Source: Faecousia sp.
GTDB taxonomy: Bacteria; Bacillota; Clostridia; Oscillospirales; Oscillospiraceae
Length of the DNA stretch: 58,931 bases
NCBI GenBank assembly: GCA_051867315.1
Contig: JBJDYM010000271.1
Location: 1-58,931, forward strand
Direction: 5' to 3'
Shown here: piece by piece, positions 1 through 8,783 of the stretch
How positions within the stretch are numbered: position 1 is the stretch's first letter
Layout: every line of letters begins with the position of its first letter
The notes under the pieces: generated by a model
What the model was told of the DNA's origin: nothing
The model's input: only the letters and a program-made list of their open reading frames with translations
The model's database searches: none
Translations under genes and position numbers: made by a program

Positions 1-1452
1 GTACTTCTTGCCCACTTCGATTTCGCTCCAAATCTTCTCCTGAGCGGCCTTGCGCTGCTCGGAGGTGACGGCGCGGATGGAACCGATGGCACGGCGGCGG
101 GCGCGGTTAACCTCGGTGATCTTCAGCTGCACGGGCTTGCCAACCATGCCAGCCATGTCGCCGCCCTTGGCAATGCCGGACTGGGAAGCGGGGATAAACA
201 CACGGACGCCCTTCACATTGGCAACCAGGCCGCCCTTGTTCTCTTCGGTGATAACGGCATCGATGGTGGTCTTATTCTCGACGTAACCGGCCATGTCGTC
301 CCACACCTTCAGGCCGTCCAGCTTCTTCTTGGACAGCTGCACGGTGCCTTCCTGATCGTTGACGCGAACGACAAAGACCTCGATCTCATCGCCCACCTTC
401 AGCACATCCTCGGGCTTTACAGAAGAATCGGTGCTGACTTCGTCGTAGGGAATGTAACCAGCATGCTTGGTGCCCAGATCGACCTGGACCTCGGTATTGC
501 CAATACCGGTAACGGTTCCAACAACCTTATCTCCTGTATTTAAAGTTTTGATGGACTGCTCGAGAAGCTCGGCAAAGTTCTCCTCCTGCACAGCCTCAAC
601 ATTGGTAATTTCGCTCATAGTCTTGTTGACCTCCTTTATAATCCACGCCGGTGTCGACGCACCAGCAGTGATTCCAACATCAGAAACACCACGGAAAAAA
701 TCCCTGTCCAGTTCGGACGCATTATCCACCAGGACGACTTTCTCGCAGTGTTCACGGCAAATCATCGCAAGACGGCCTGTGTTGGAACTTTTGAGATCTC
801 CTACAACGACCATTGCCTGACATCTTTGGCTTAACGCGGATGCTTCGCTTTGCCTGCACTCTGTTGCTCTACATATTGTATCAAATGTTTTCAAGTAAGT
901 AAACTGTTTTTTTGCAAATTGGACGCATTTTTTCCACAAAAATTCTGTGGAGGTGGTCTGTGAAACCATACAAACTGGCAAATCAGGAGAAACGTGCTCC
1001 TCTTCCACCCATTTTTCCAGGGCTTCGGCGTCGGAGAAGACCTTGCACTGACTGCACCAGCCGGCGATTCCCTCCACCTCCGGGTGGGTGGGGGTGCCGA
1101 TGATGATGGGGAGCATGCCTTCCGCCTCGGCCTGGCCTACCAGCTTGTGGATTCGCTTGACAAAGGGACAGGTTGCGTCGATGATTTGGGTCCCCCGTTT
1201 TTCCAGCCTTTCATAAACCTCCCGGCTCACACCGTGGGATCGGATGATGACGGTGTCACCGGGCACCGCCTCCTCGGGCTGCTCGATGACGTGGACCCCC
1301 ATCTCCCGGAAGCGGTCCACCACATGACGGTTGTGGATGATGGGTCCCAGGGTGACGGTGCGCTTCCCCTCCCTGGCGGCCGTTTCAACCAGCTCAACGG
1401 CACGGTTGACACCAAAACAAAAGCCAGCGCTTTTGGCTACCGTCACGCTCAT
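1..1452 (-). CDS. ispH: Bifunctional IspH (HMBPP reductase) / 30S ribosomal protein S1 fusion, 3' end truncated by window edge
   Basis: Absent from the ORF track because it is open at the window edge. Manual translation from ATG 1452 (overlapping the cmk stop, ATGA) gives MSVTVAKSAGFCFGVNRAVE, then FDTICRATECRQ and GASTPAWIIKEV (IspH motifs), continuing in the same frame into S1-repeat sequence at the window start. Confidence 0.93.
   Translation of the reverse strand, partial: MSVTVAKSAGFCFGVNRAVELVETAAREGKRTVTLGPIIHNRHVVDRFREMGVHVIEQPEEAVPGDTVIIRSHGVSREVYERLEKRGTQIIDATCPFVKRIHKLVGQAEAEGMLPIIIGTPTHPEVEGIAGWCSQCKVFSDAEALEKWVEEEHVSPDLPVCMVSQTTSTEFLWKKCVQFAKKQFTYLKTFDTICRATECRQSEASALSQRCQAMVVVGDLKSSNTGRLAMICREHCEKVVLVDNASELDRDFFRGVSDVGITAGASTPAWIIKEVNKTMSEITNVEAVQEENFAELLEQSIKTLNTGDKVVGTVTGIGNTEVQVDLGTKHAGYIPYDEVSTDSSVKPEDVLKVGDEIEVFVVRVNDQEGTVQLSKKKLDGLKVWDDMAGYVENKTTIDAVITEENKGGLVANVKGVRVFIPASQSGIAKGGDMAGMVGKPVQLKITEVNRARRRAIGSIRAVTSEQRKAAQEKIWSEIEVGKKY
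875..903 (-). promoter_or_regulatory. Candidate sigmaA-type promoter inside the ispH domain
   Basis: Minus strand TTTACT-17 nt-TACAAT with extended -10 TG (tgaTACAAT), in an AT-rich coding patch upstream of an in-frame AAGGAGGT...ATG at 618. Confidence 0.55.
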
Positions 1453-2126
1453 AGGGCAACCTTCTCCAGGACAATTTTCCGAATTGCGGCAACGGCTTCC
1501 TCGATGCCCATCTCGGAGGTATCCACCTTGATGCTGTCCCGGGCCATTTTCAGCGGAGCAATTTCCCGGTGGGTATCCTGGTAATCCCGCTGCTGGATTT
1601 CCTTCAGAACCGTCTCGTACTTTGCCTTCTGCCCCTTGGCCAGCAGCTCATCGCAGCGGCGCTTTGCCCGCACCTCGGAGGAGGCGGTCAGGAAGATTTT
1701 CACGGTTGCCTTGGGCAGAACCACGGTTCCGATGTCCCGGCCGTCCATAATGACGTTGTACTGCTTTGCCATATCCCGCTGCATATCCAGCAGCATTTCC
1801 CGCACACAGGCATGGGCGGAAATCAGGCTGGCTTTCTGAGAAATTTCCTGGGTGCGGATGTCATCTGTGACATCCATCCCGTTCATGATCATGTGCTGCA
1901 ATCCGTCCTCATCGTATTCAATTCCGACGGTAAGCTCGTCGATGTAGCGGTTCACACCATCCACATCCTTCGGGCTCACTCCCCAGAGATCCATGAAATA
2001 GGCAACCGTGCGGTAAATGGCTCCGGTATCCACATAACGATAGCCCAGTTCAGCGGCAAGACGGCGGGCAATGGTGCTCTTTCCCGCTCCGGCAGGGCCA
2101 TCGATGGCCACAGAAACTGTTTTCAT
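1449..2126 (-). CDS. cmk: Cytidylate kinase
   Basis: VAIDGPAGAGKST P-loop, DTGAIYR and MDGRDIGTVVLP motifs. Start moved to ATG 2126 behind an AAGGA RBS. Confidence 0.96.
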   Translation of the reverse strand: MKTVSVAIDGPAGAGKSTIARRLAAELGYRYVDTGAIYRTVAYFMDLWGVSPKDVDGVNRYIDELTVGIEYDEDGLQHMIMNGMDVTDDIRTQEISQKASLISAHACVREMLLDMQRDMAKQYNVIMDGRDIGTVVLPKATVKIFLTASSEVRAKRRCDELLAKGQKAKYETVLKEIQQRDYQDTHREIAPLKMARDSIKVDTSEMGIEEAVAAIRKIVLEKVAL

Positions 2127-2148
2127 AGCGATATCCATCCTTTTCAGG

Positions 2149-3183
2149 TTATTTTTCGGTACGTAATTTGGCAAGGGCAGCGGCCTCCCGCCGGGAAACC
2201 TCTCCGGAAGTCAGGCCAAGCATGCGCCCCACTTCCTCGGCGCCCATTGGTTTGCCCTTCTCCAAGCCAAAGCGCAGGGTGAGGATTTTGGCATCCTGCT
2301 CATCCAGCTGGGAAAGCAGCTCACCGATTCTCTGGCGCATCTTGAAGTAGGCGGTATCCTCCACCGCCAGGTTGTCCTCCGGCGTCTCTTCCTTGGGCTG
2401 CACCAGCTGTTCGGCCTGGTTCAGCAGCATGGCGTCATCCATCATCTTTTTGATGCACTCCGCCTCTTCCCTACTGACCTTCATACCCTGCGCAATCTCC
2501 TCCAGAGAGGGGTTCCTCCCCAGCTCCATGAGCAGTTTTTCGTCGGTGCTGCGGTAGTCCTGAAGGGCCTGGCGCATTTTCTGGCTAATTCCATTGCTTC
2601 TTGCCTGGAGGATGATGGATCTGGAAAGGGCGCTGCGAATCATTCTGTCCCGGTGGGCGGCATAATCTCCGCCGGAGTAGCTTTGAATCGCCTCCCACAG
2701 TCCCACGCTGCCCTCTTGAATCAGGTCCAGCAGCAGAACATTCCACCCGGCGAATTCCGCCGCCATCTGGACCACCCGGCTCAGGCCCAAATTGGTCAGA
2801 TTTTCGGCAGCCTTTTCGTCGCCGGACAGCAGCCGCTGCGCAAGAATTGCCTCATCCGCACAAGCGGGGATGCCGGCGATTTCCTCCAGAAAGAGCCGCA
2901 GCGGGTCATTTTCCTCCATATCCGAGGGCTTCAAACCCTTTTGCGCATATTCTTTTTCCTGCTTGAGCCGCAGCGCCGCCTGACCCGTGGGGACGGTTTT
3001 TGGAAGGGAGGAAAGGTCCAAGGTCATTTGCTTTTCCTGGATGATTCGAAACGCATCTTCCACCGCTTCATCGTCTTCCTCCTCCAGCATGGAAATCAGA
3101 TTCCATGCGGAAATGGCCGCACCGTTTTTGCAGGAACTCAGATAAGCCTCCCAGGGGCTTTGCTCAAATTGGAAATCCATCAT
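2149..3183 (-). CDS. Degenerate RpoD/SigA-like sigma70-family protein (candidate pseudo-sigma)
   Basis: Region 1.2 DPLRLFLEEI, region 2.2 LLDLIQEG, region 3 LGRNPSLEEIA and region 4 LRFGL are recognisable. Regions 2.3/2.4 and the 4.2 recognition helix are degenerate. Confidence 0.85.
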   Translation of the reverse strand: MMDFQFEQSPWEAYLSSCKNGAAISAWNLISMLEEEDDEAVEDAFRIIQEKQMTLDLSSLPKTVPTGQAALRLKQEKEYAQKGLKPSDMEENDPLRLFLEEIAGIPACADEAILAQRLLSGDEKAAENLTNLGLSRVVQMAAEFAGWNVLLLDLIQEGSVGLWEAIQSYSGGDYAAHRDRMIRSALSRSIILQARSNGISQKMRQALQDYRSTDEKLLMELGRNPSLEEIAQGMKVSREEAECIKKMMDDAMLLNQAEQLVQPKEETPEDNLAVEDTAYFKMRQRIGELLSQLDEQDAKILTLRFGLEKGKPMGAEEVGRMLGLTSGEVSRREAAALAKLRTEK

Positions 3184-4040
3184 TCCAGAAAATCCTCCAA
3201 TCCCATGCTGGTACCCATTGCCTGGAGCTTGTCCATGGCCTGACGTTCAATCTGTCTGGCCCGCTCCTTGGAGATGCCCAGCGATTTGCCGATTTCCTCC
3301 AGAGAGTGCTCCACTCCATCCTCCAGGCCGAAGTGAAGGCAGAGAATCTGCCGCTGCCGTTCAGTCAGGGAACTGAGCATCTTCTGCATCATTTTTTCCA
3401 GTTCCTGGCGCACCAGGGCCTCCTGGGGCTGGAGGGCATCCAAGTCCTCCACCAGGGAGCCCAAGGTGTTTTTATCGCTGTCGCCGGTAAGTACATCCAA
3501 CGAACAGACATCGGGAGACAGACTGAGCAGCTCCTCCACCTTGGCGGCGGACAAGCCAACCTGTTGGCCGATTTCCTCGCAGGTGGGTTCCGTTCCATAC
3601 TGCTGCTTCAGAAGATTTCGTGCCGCCTCCACCTTCCGGATTTTTTCGGCGGTGTGCAGCGGAACACGGATGATGCCGCTGTTGTTCATCAAGCACCGGG
3701 TCACGCCCTGGCGAATCCACTTGGTGGCATAGGTAGAAAAACGGTATTCCTTTGTATAGTCAAATTTCCGGGCGGCGGCCAGCAGGCCGATGCTCCCCTC
3801 CTGGATCAAATCCATCAGCGCGACGCCCCGTCCGGCGTACTCCTTGGCGATATAAACCACCAGGCGGAGATTCGCGTTCACCATCTGGCGGATGGCGGCC
3901 TCATCTCCGGCAGCACAGCGCTTGGCCAAATCCCGCTCCTGCTCCGGCGTAAGCCGGGGAATCCCCCGAATTTCATTCAGATACTGATGAATATCATCAT
4001 CGAAAGCAGATTCTGCCGTCTTTTCAATGGGTTCAGTCAT
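3180..4040 (-). CDS. RpoD/SigA-derived sigma70 factor lacking region 1.1
   Basis: ANLRLVV, DLIQEG, FDYTKEYRFSTYATKWIRQ, IRVPLH, SKERARQIE and C-terminal LEDFLE. Lies directly after dnaG with ATGA overlap. Confidence 0.9.
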   Translation of the reverse strand: MTEPIEKTAESAFDDDIHQYLNEIRGIPRLTPEQERDLAKRCAAGDEAAIRQMVNANLRLVVYIAKEYAGRGVALMDLIQEGSIGLLAAARKFDYTKEYRFSTYATKWIRQGVTRCLMNNSGIIRVPLHTAEKIRKVEAARNLLKQQYGTEPTCEEIGQQVGLSAAKVEELLSLSPDVCSLDVLTGDSDKNTLGSLVEDLDALQPQEALVRQELEKMMQKMLSSLTERQRQILCLHFGLEDGVEHSLEEIGKSLGISKERARQIERQAMDKLQAMGTSMGLEDFLE

Positions 4041-5791
4041 GTTTTGAGTCCTTTTCGGGCGAGCAGCTGCTTTTGAAAGGACAGAAGCTCGTCGTAATTC
4101 TGTGCGGATTTTGCGTTTTGAGATTGATGCTCCGTGCGGATGGTACGGATACAGTCGGACAGCGCCTCCTCTGAGACTGGGCCGTCGTGCCGCTGGACGA
4201 TCAGGGCAATGTGGGACATTTCCTCGGGGGTAAAATCGGTGAGCGCTGCCAGTGAAACCTCAATCCCCTGTTGGAAGCTCTGAATCAGCTGTTCAAAGAC
4301 CCGGCCCAGCATCTGAGAAGAGAAGGATTCCGGCGAAAGCGCCCCGCAGGCCCCCAGCAAAGCAGGCTCCCGCAGGAGCATGGCAATGACGTTTTCCTCA
4401 GCCATGGCGGATTTGATGTTGTCATAACGGATATGCCGGTCCTTCGGCTGCAAATTGGCGGCCGGAGAGAGATCAATCTTCTCCTGCTTTTTCTTTTCCC
4501 GGGAAATCCGGCGCTTGAAGGCCTTGTTGACCTCGATTTTCATGGATTCAGCAGTGATTCCGGCAGCTTCGGCAACCCGGCCGCCGTAGATTTCCCGCTG
4601 AACCGCATTGCCCAGGGTACTGATGAATTCGGCCGCTTCCGCAATAAATTGGACGCGCTGGTCATCTTGTTGTAAATCATACTTTTTTTGAATGGAACGA
4701 AGCTGGTATTCCACCCGGTTGGAGGATTCCTCCAACAGCAGGCGGAACCGGTCTGCTCCGAATTTTTTCAAAAACTCATCCGGGTCCTTGGCATCCCGCA
4801 TCTGAAGCACCTTCACCTGCAGCCCGGCCTTTTCCAGCATGGGAATGGCCCGTTTGGTGGCGTTCTGCCCGGCTTCATCCCCGTCGTAGATCAGCATGAC
4901 CTGCTCGGTGTATCTTGACAGCAGCGCCGCGTGTTCCTCGGTCAGAGAGGTGCCCAGGGAGGCCACAGCGCAGTCGAAGCCATATTGATGCAGCGCAATG
5001 GCATCCATGTAGCCTTCCACCAAAATCATGTAGCCCAGCCTGGTTTTCTTGGCAAGATTCAGGGCAAACAGATTTTTTCGCTTATTAAAGATGATGGTTT
5101 CCGGAGAATTTAAGTATTTTGGGGTGGAATCGTCCATCACCCGGCCGCCGAAGCCGATCACATTCCCGCGAATATCAATAATGGGAAACATCAGCCGGTT
5201 GCGGAACCGGTCATAGATTTTTCCGTTTTTCTGGGAGGTGGAGGCCAGACCGGACTGCTTCAGTTCCTCTTCGGTGTATCCCTTGGCCAGCATGGCATCA
5301 CACAGATTCGACCAGCTGTTGGGGGCAAAGCCGATGCCGAATTTGGTCAGGATGGATTTGGGCATTCCCCGTTTCTGGGCGTAGGCCAAGCCTTCCGCTC
5401 CGGCGGGACTGTAAAGCTGGGCGTTGAAAAACCGGGCAGCCTCCTTGGACAGAGCCCACAGGCGCTCCTGCTGGTGGTAGCGGTTTTGATACTGGGCATC
5501 CTCCGGTACTTCCATTCCGGCTCTCTTTGCCAAAGCCCGGACGGCATCAGGATAAGTCAAGCCCTCAATCTCCATCTGGAAATTGATGACACTTCCGCCC
5601 TTGTGGCAGCCGAAGCAGTAATAAATCCCTTTTTCCGGATTCACAGAGAAGGAAGCGGTCTTTTCCCCATGGAACGGGCACAGGCCAAACAGATTGGAGC
5701 CGGAACGCCGCAGATTTACATACTGGCTCACAACTTCCTCAATGGGGTTGCGTGCAGCAAGCTCCTCCAAAAATGACGGTGGAAAAGCCAT
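4037..5791 (-). CDS. dnaG: DNA primase
   Basis: CPFHGEKTASF...CFGC zinc domain, RFRNRLMFPI, KYLNSPET, VEGYMD and YDGDEAG TOPRIM motifs. Confidence 0.98.
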   Translation of the reverse strand: MAFPPSFLEELAARNPIEEVVSQYVNLRRSGSNLFGLCPFHGEKTASFSVNPEKGIYYCFGCHKGGSVINFQMEIEGLTYPDAVRALAKRAGMEVPEDAQYQNRYHQQERLWALSKEAARFFNAQLYSPAGAEGLAYAQKRGMPKSILTKFGIGFAPNSWSNLCDAMLAKGYTEEELKQSGLASTSQKNGKIYDRFRNRLMFPIIDIRGNVIGFGGRVMDDSTPKYLNSPETIIFNKRKNLFALNLAKKTRLGYMILVEGYMDAIALHQYGFDCAVASLGTSLTEEHAALLSRYTEQVMLIYDGDEAGQNATKRAIPMLEKAGLQVKVLQMRDAKDPDEFLKKFGADRFRLLLEESSNRVEYQLRSIQKKYDLQQDDQRVQFIAEAAEFISTLGNAVQREIYGGRVAEAAGITAESMKIEVNKAFKRRISREKKKQEKIDLSPAANLQPKDRHIRYDNIKSAMAEENVIAMLLREPALLGACGALSPESFSSQMLGRVFEQLIQSFQQGIEVSLAALTDFTPEEMSHIALIVQRHDGPVSEEALSDCIRTIRTEHQSQNAKSAQNYDELLSFQKQLLARKGLKT

Positions 5792-5815
5792 TCTTCCTCC
5801 TCCTTTCTTTCCACT

Positions 5816-5844
5816 ATTGTATCACACTATCCCCGGATATTCCA
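5816..5844 (-). promoter_or_regulatory. Candidate sigmaA-type promoter for the dnaG operon, overlapping the dGTPase 3' end
   Basis: TGGAAT-17 nt-TACAAT with TGTGA extended -10, followed by AAGGAGGAGG RBS. Confidence 0.55.
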
Positions 5845-6840
5845 CCCTGCCGGTACGAAAATCTCGGTAAATTTGTTCACAGCGTAATTGTCGGTCATGC
5901 CCGCGATGTAGTCGCAGACAGTGCGCTCCATCCCGTCAAAGCTGAGCTGGGGCTGGAAATCCGCCGGGAGTGCTTCAGGGTGGGTGATGTAGTACTCAAA
6001 CAGCTTTTGCAGCATGGCTTTTGCCTTGCTTTCCTCCCCTTTCGCAACCGGATTGCGGTAAACCCGGTCAAACATGAAGCTGCGCAGCTCCTTCAGCGCA
6101 TTGTCCACCATAGGCGTCAGGCAGATGGAACCGGCTTCCCGGGAGGTGAAGATCAGATCGCACACCAAGGTGTTGATGCGCTCTTTGTGGGTGGAGCCCA
6201 AAATTGCCACAATGTCCCGGGGCAAATCACTGTCGCTGAGGATTCCGGCACGGACGGCGTCGTCGATGTCATGGTTGACATAGGCAATCTGATCGGAGCG
6301 GCGAACAATTTGTCCCTCCAGAGTTTCCGGAATATAATCACCGGTGTGGCCCAAAATGCCCATCCGGACTTCATTTGTCAGATTCAGCCCCTTGCCGTCG
6401 TTTTCCAGGTAATCCACCACACGAAGGCTCTGTTCGTTGTGACGAAAGGGCTTTCCCAGGCAGGCGGACAGGGCCGCTTCTCCGGCGTGGCCGAAGGGGG
6501 TGTGGCCCAGATCGTGGCCCATGGCAATGGCTTCCGCCAAATCCTCGTTCAGGCCCAGAGCCCGGGTCATGGTGCGGGCGATCCGGGTCACCTCCAGGGT
6601 GTGGGTCATTCTGGTGCGGTAATGGTCTCCTTCCGGGCGAAGGAACACCTGGGTTTTGTGCATCAATCTACGGAAGGACTTGCTGTGGACGATGCGGTCA
6701 TTGTCCCGCTGGAAGCAAGTACGCACATCATTTTCCGAGGGAATTTCCGGCCTGGGACGGCCGGAGCTTTGGTCTGCAAAGGCGGCAAGGGGATTGAGTC
6801 TGCGATGCTCCTGGTATTCCAGCTCTTCTCTGACAGTCAT
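5827..6840 (-). CDS. dgt: Deoxyguanosinetriphosphate triphosphohydrolase (HD family)
   Basis: FQRDNDRIVHSKSFRRLMHKTQVF, RTRMTHTLEV, HDLGHTPFGHAGE and DYIAGMTD motifs. Confidence 0.95.
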   Translation of the reverse strand: MTVREELEYQEHRRLNPLAAFADQSSGRPRPEIPSENDVRTCFQRDNDRIVHSKSFRRLMHKTQVFLRPEGDHYRTRMTHTLEVTRIARTMTRALGLNEDLAEAIAMGHDLGHTPFGHAGEAALSACLGKPFRHNEQSLRVVDYLENDGKGLNLTNEVRMGILGHTGDYIPETLEGQIVRRSDQIAYVNHDIDDAVRAGILSDSDLPRDIVAILGSTHKERINTLVCDLIFTSREAGSICLTPMVDNALKELRSFMFDRVYRNPVAKGEESKAKAMLQKLFEYYITHPEALPADFQPQLSFDGMERTVCDYIAGMTDNYAVNKFTEIFVPAGWNIRG

Positions 6841-6850
6841 TTTTTCCCTC

Positions 6851-7477
6851 CTATGTAATGGGGAACGCCCGGTATTCCTGGCCGGTTTCCATTCCCTCCA
6901 CGGTGCCGGAGGTCATGTCTGTCAGCCGCTGCAAAAAGGGCTGAACCTGCGCCTCCGGGAACAGGATTTCCATGTCAACTTCCGCTCCGAATTCCGTACT
7001 GCGGATGATGCCGCCAAAGCTTTCCGTTTCCAGCTTCACCCGCTCGTAAAAGCTGTAGGGACAGGGCACATACAGCACCGTCCATACCCGCTTCATGGAT
7101 TTCCCTGCCGCATCCACGGCAATCTTGGCTCCTTTGGTGTAGGCGCGGACCAATCCGCCCGCGCCGAGAAGAACACCGCCAAAGTATCGGGTCACAACAC
7201 AGACGATATTATTTAACCCTTCCCGCTGCAAGACCTGGAGCATGGGCATCCCCGCGGTACCGCCGGGCTCCCCGTCATCGGAAAAGCGGATCGGGCCATC
7301 GTGGATGATATAGGCCCAGCAATTGTGGGTGGCGTCATAGTGCTGCTTTTTCATTTCCTGGATTCTGGCCAAGGCTTCTTCTTCGGTTTCCACCGGCCAG
7401 ACCCGACCGATGAATCGGGATTTCTTTTCGATAAATTCATCCTCCCCAAAATCGGTGGGTACCAGGTATTCCTCCAA
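6851..7477 (-). CDS. YigZ/IMPACT family protein
   Basis: KKSRFIG, ATHNCWAY, SDDGEPGGTAG and VTRYFGGVLLGAGGLVRAY motifs. TTG start with AAGGAG RBS. Confidence 0.93.
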   Translation of the reverse strand: MEEYLVPTDFGEDEFIEKKSRFIGRVWPVETEEEALARIQEMKKQHYDATHNCWAYIIHDGPIRFSDDGEPGGTAGMPMLQVLQREGLNNIVCVVTRYFGGVLLGAGGLVRAYTKGAKIAVDAAGKSMKRVWTVLYVPCPYSFYERVKLETESFGGIIRSTEFGAEVDMEILFPEAQVQPFLQRLTDMTSGTVEGMETGQEYRAFPIT

Positions 7478-7480
7478 GCT

Positions 7481-8749
7481 TCAGCACTCCTTTGTCACAA
7501 ACTGGCGCAGTCTTCCGTATAAAATGTCGTCCAAAACGACTTCCATTTCAATGCCGTCGGCGGTATAATCCACATTTTTCACATGGGCGTTATTGTGCAG
7601 GGTTTCCACCTGGCCGCCCATGGAATAGGGCAGACAGAGAACCACATGGTGCCGGGCCTGGCCCAGGGCATTTTCAATCGTATGGAGCAGCTGCTCCATT
7701 CCGGTGCCCTGGGCGGCGGAGATGGCCACGATATCCGCTCCGGTGGGAATTTCCTCCTGGGATACCAAATCCGCCTTGTTATAGCACCGGAGAACCGGGG
7801 TACCGGGCTTTGCCAGCTGGGCGATCAGCTTGTCCACCACGGCAATGTGCTCCTCCCGGTTGGGGTCGGAGGCATCGATGACATGGAGCAGCAGATCGGC
7901 AAACTCCAATTCCTCCAGCGTTGCGCGGAAGGCATTCACAAGATGGTGCGGAAGCTTTGCAATAAAGCCCACGGTATCGGAGAGCACCACGTCCAGATTG
8001 TCGGACACGGTGAGCTGACGGGAGGTGGTGTCCAGGGTGTCAAAGAGCCGGTTATTGGCCGGAATCCCGGCGCCGGTCAGCTTGTTCAGCAGGGTGGATT
8101 TTCCGGCGTTGGTATAGCCCACGATAGCAACCACGGGGACGGAATTCTTTATCCTCCGTTCCCGCTGGACGCTGCGCACCTGCCGCACCTGCTCCAGCTC
8201 CTCCTCCAGCCGGTAGATCCGCTCCCGAATGTGCCGGCGGTCACTTTCCAGCTTGGTTTCGCCGGGGCCTCTGGTGCCGATGCCGCCGCCCTGACGGGAC
8301 AGGCTGTTGCCCATACCGGAGAGCCGGGGCAGCAAATATTTGTACTGGGCCAGCTCCACCTGCAAACGGCCTTCCTTTGTTTTGGCCCGCTGGGCAAAAA
8401 TATCGAGGATCAGGGCACTCCTGTCCAAAACGGGAACGCCGATGATCTCCTCCAAGGCACGGATATTTCCCGGGGAAAGCTCGTTGTCAAAAATCACCAT
8501 GGTGGAGTCGGTTGCCTGGGCCAGCATCCTGACCTCCTGGGCCTTTCCCTCGCCGATAAAACTGTGGGAATCCGGGGCATGGCGGTTTTGCAGTACCTTG
8601 GCGGTGCAAAAGCCGCCGGCGGTTTCAAGCAATGCTTCCAGTTCTTCCAGTGTCTCGTCTGTGGCAATTTGTTCTTTTGTAAAGCAGTCGGCGTTCAGGC
8701 CGACCAGTACTGCCCGTTCCTGCGCATGTTGTTCAAAATTCAATTCCAT
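7481..8749 (-). CDS. hflX: Ribosome-splitting GTPase HflX
   Basis: LILDIFAQRA, GGGIGTRGPGETKLE, GYTNAGKST, LFDTLD and DTVGFI motifs. Start at ATG 8749 behind GGAGG. Confidence 0.97.
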   Translation of the reverse strand: MELNFEQHAQERAVLVGLNADCFTKEQIATDETLEELEALLETAGGFCTAKVLQNRHAPDSHSFIGEGKAQEVRMLAQATDSTMVIFDNELSPGNIRALEEIIGVPVLDRSALILDIFAQRAKTKEGRLQVELAQYKYLLPRLSGMGNSLSRQGGGIGTRGPGETKLESDRRHIRERIYRLEEELEQVRQVRSVQRERRIKNSVPVVAIVGYTNAGKSTLLNKLTGAGIPANNRLFDTLDTTSRQLTVSDNLDVVLSDTVGFIAKLPHHLVNAFRATLEELEFADLLLHVIDASDPNREEHIAVVDKLIAQLAKPGTPVLRCYNKADLVSQEEIPTGADIVAISAAQGTGMEQLLHTIENALGQARHHVVLCLPYSMGGQVETLHNNAHVKNVDYTADGIEMEVVLDDILYGRLRQFVTKEC

Positions 8750-8783
8750 AAAAACCTCCAAAATTTCTGGGCATACCACAGTT

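Noticed and set aside
2149-3183. Calling sigma-2 a pseudogene or calling either paralogue rpoD/sigA
   Set aside because: The frame is intact and coupled to its neighbours, so it is not a pseudogene. Both proteins diverge too far at invariant SigA positions to be given the symbol.
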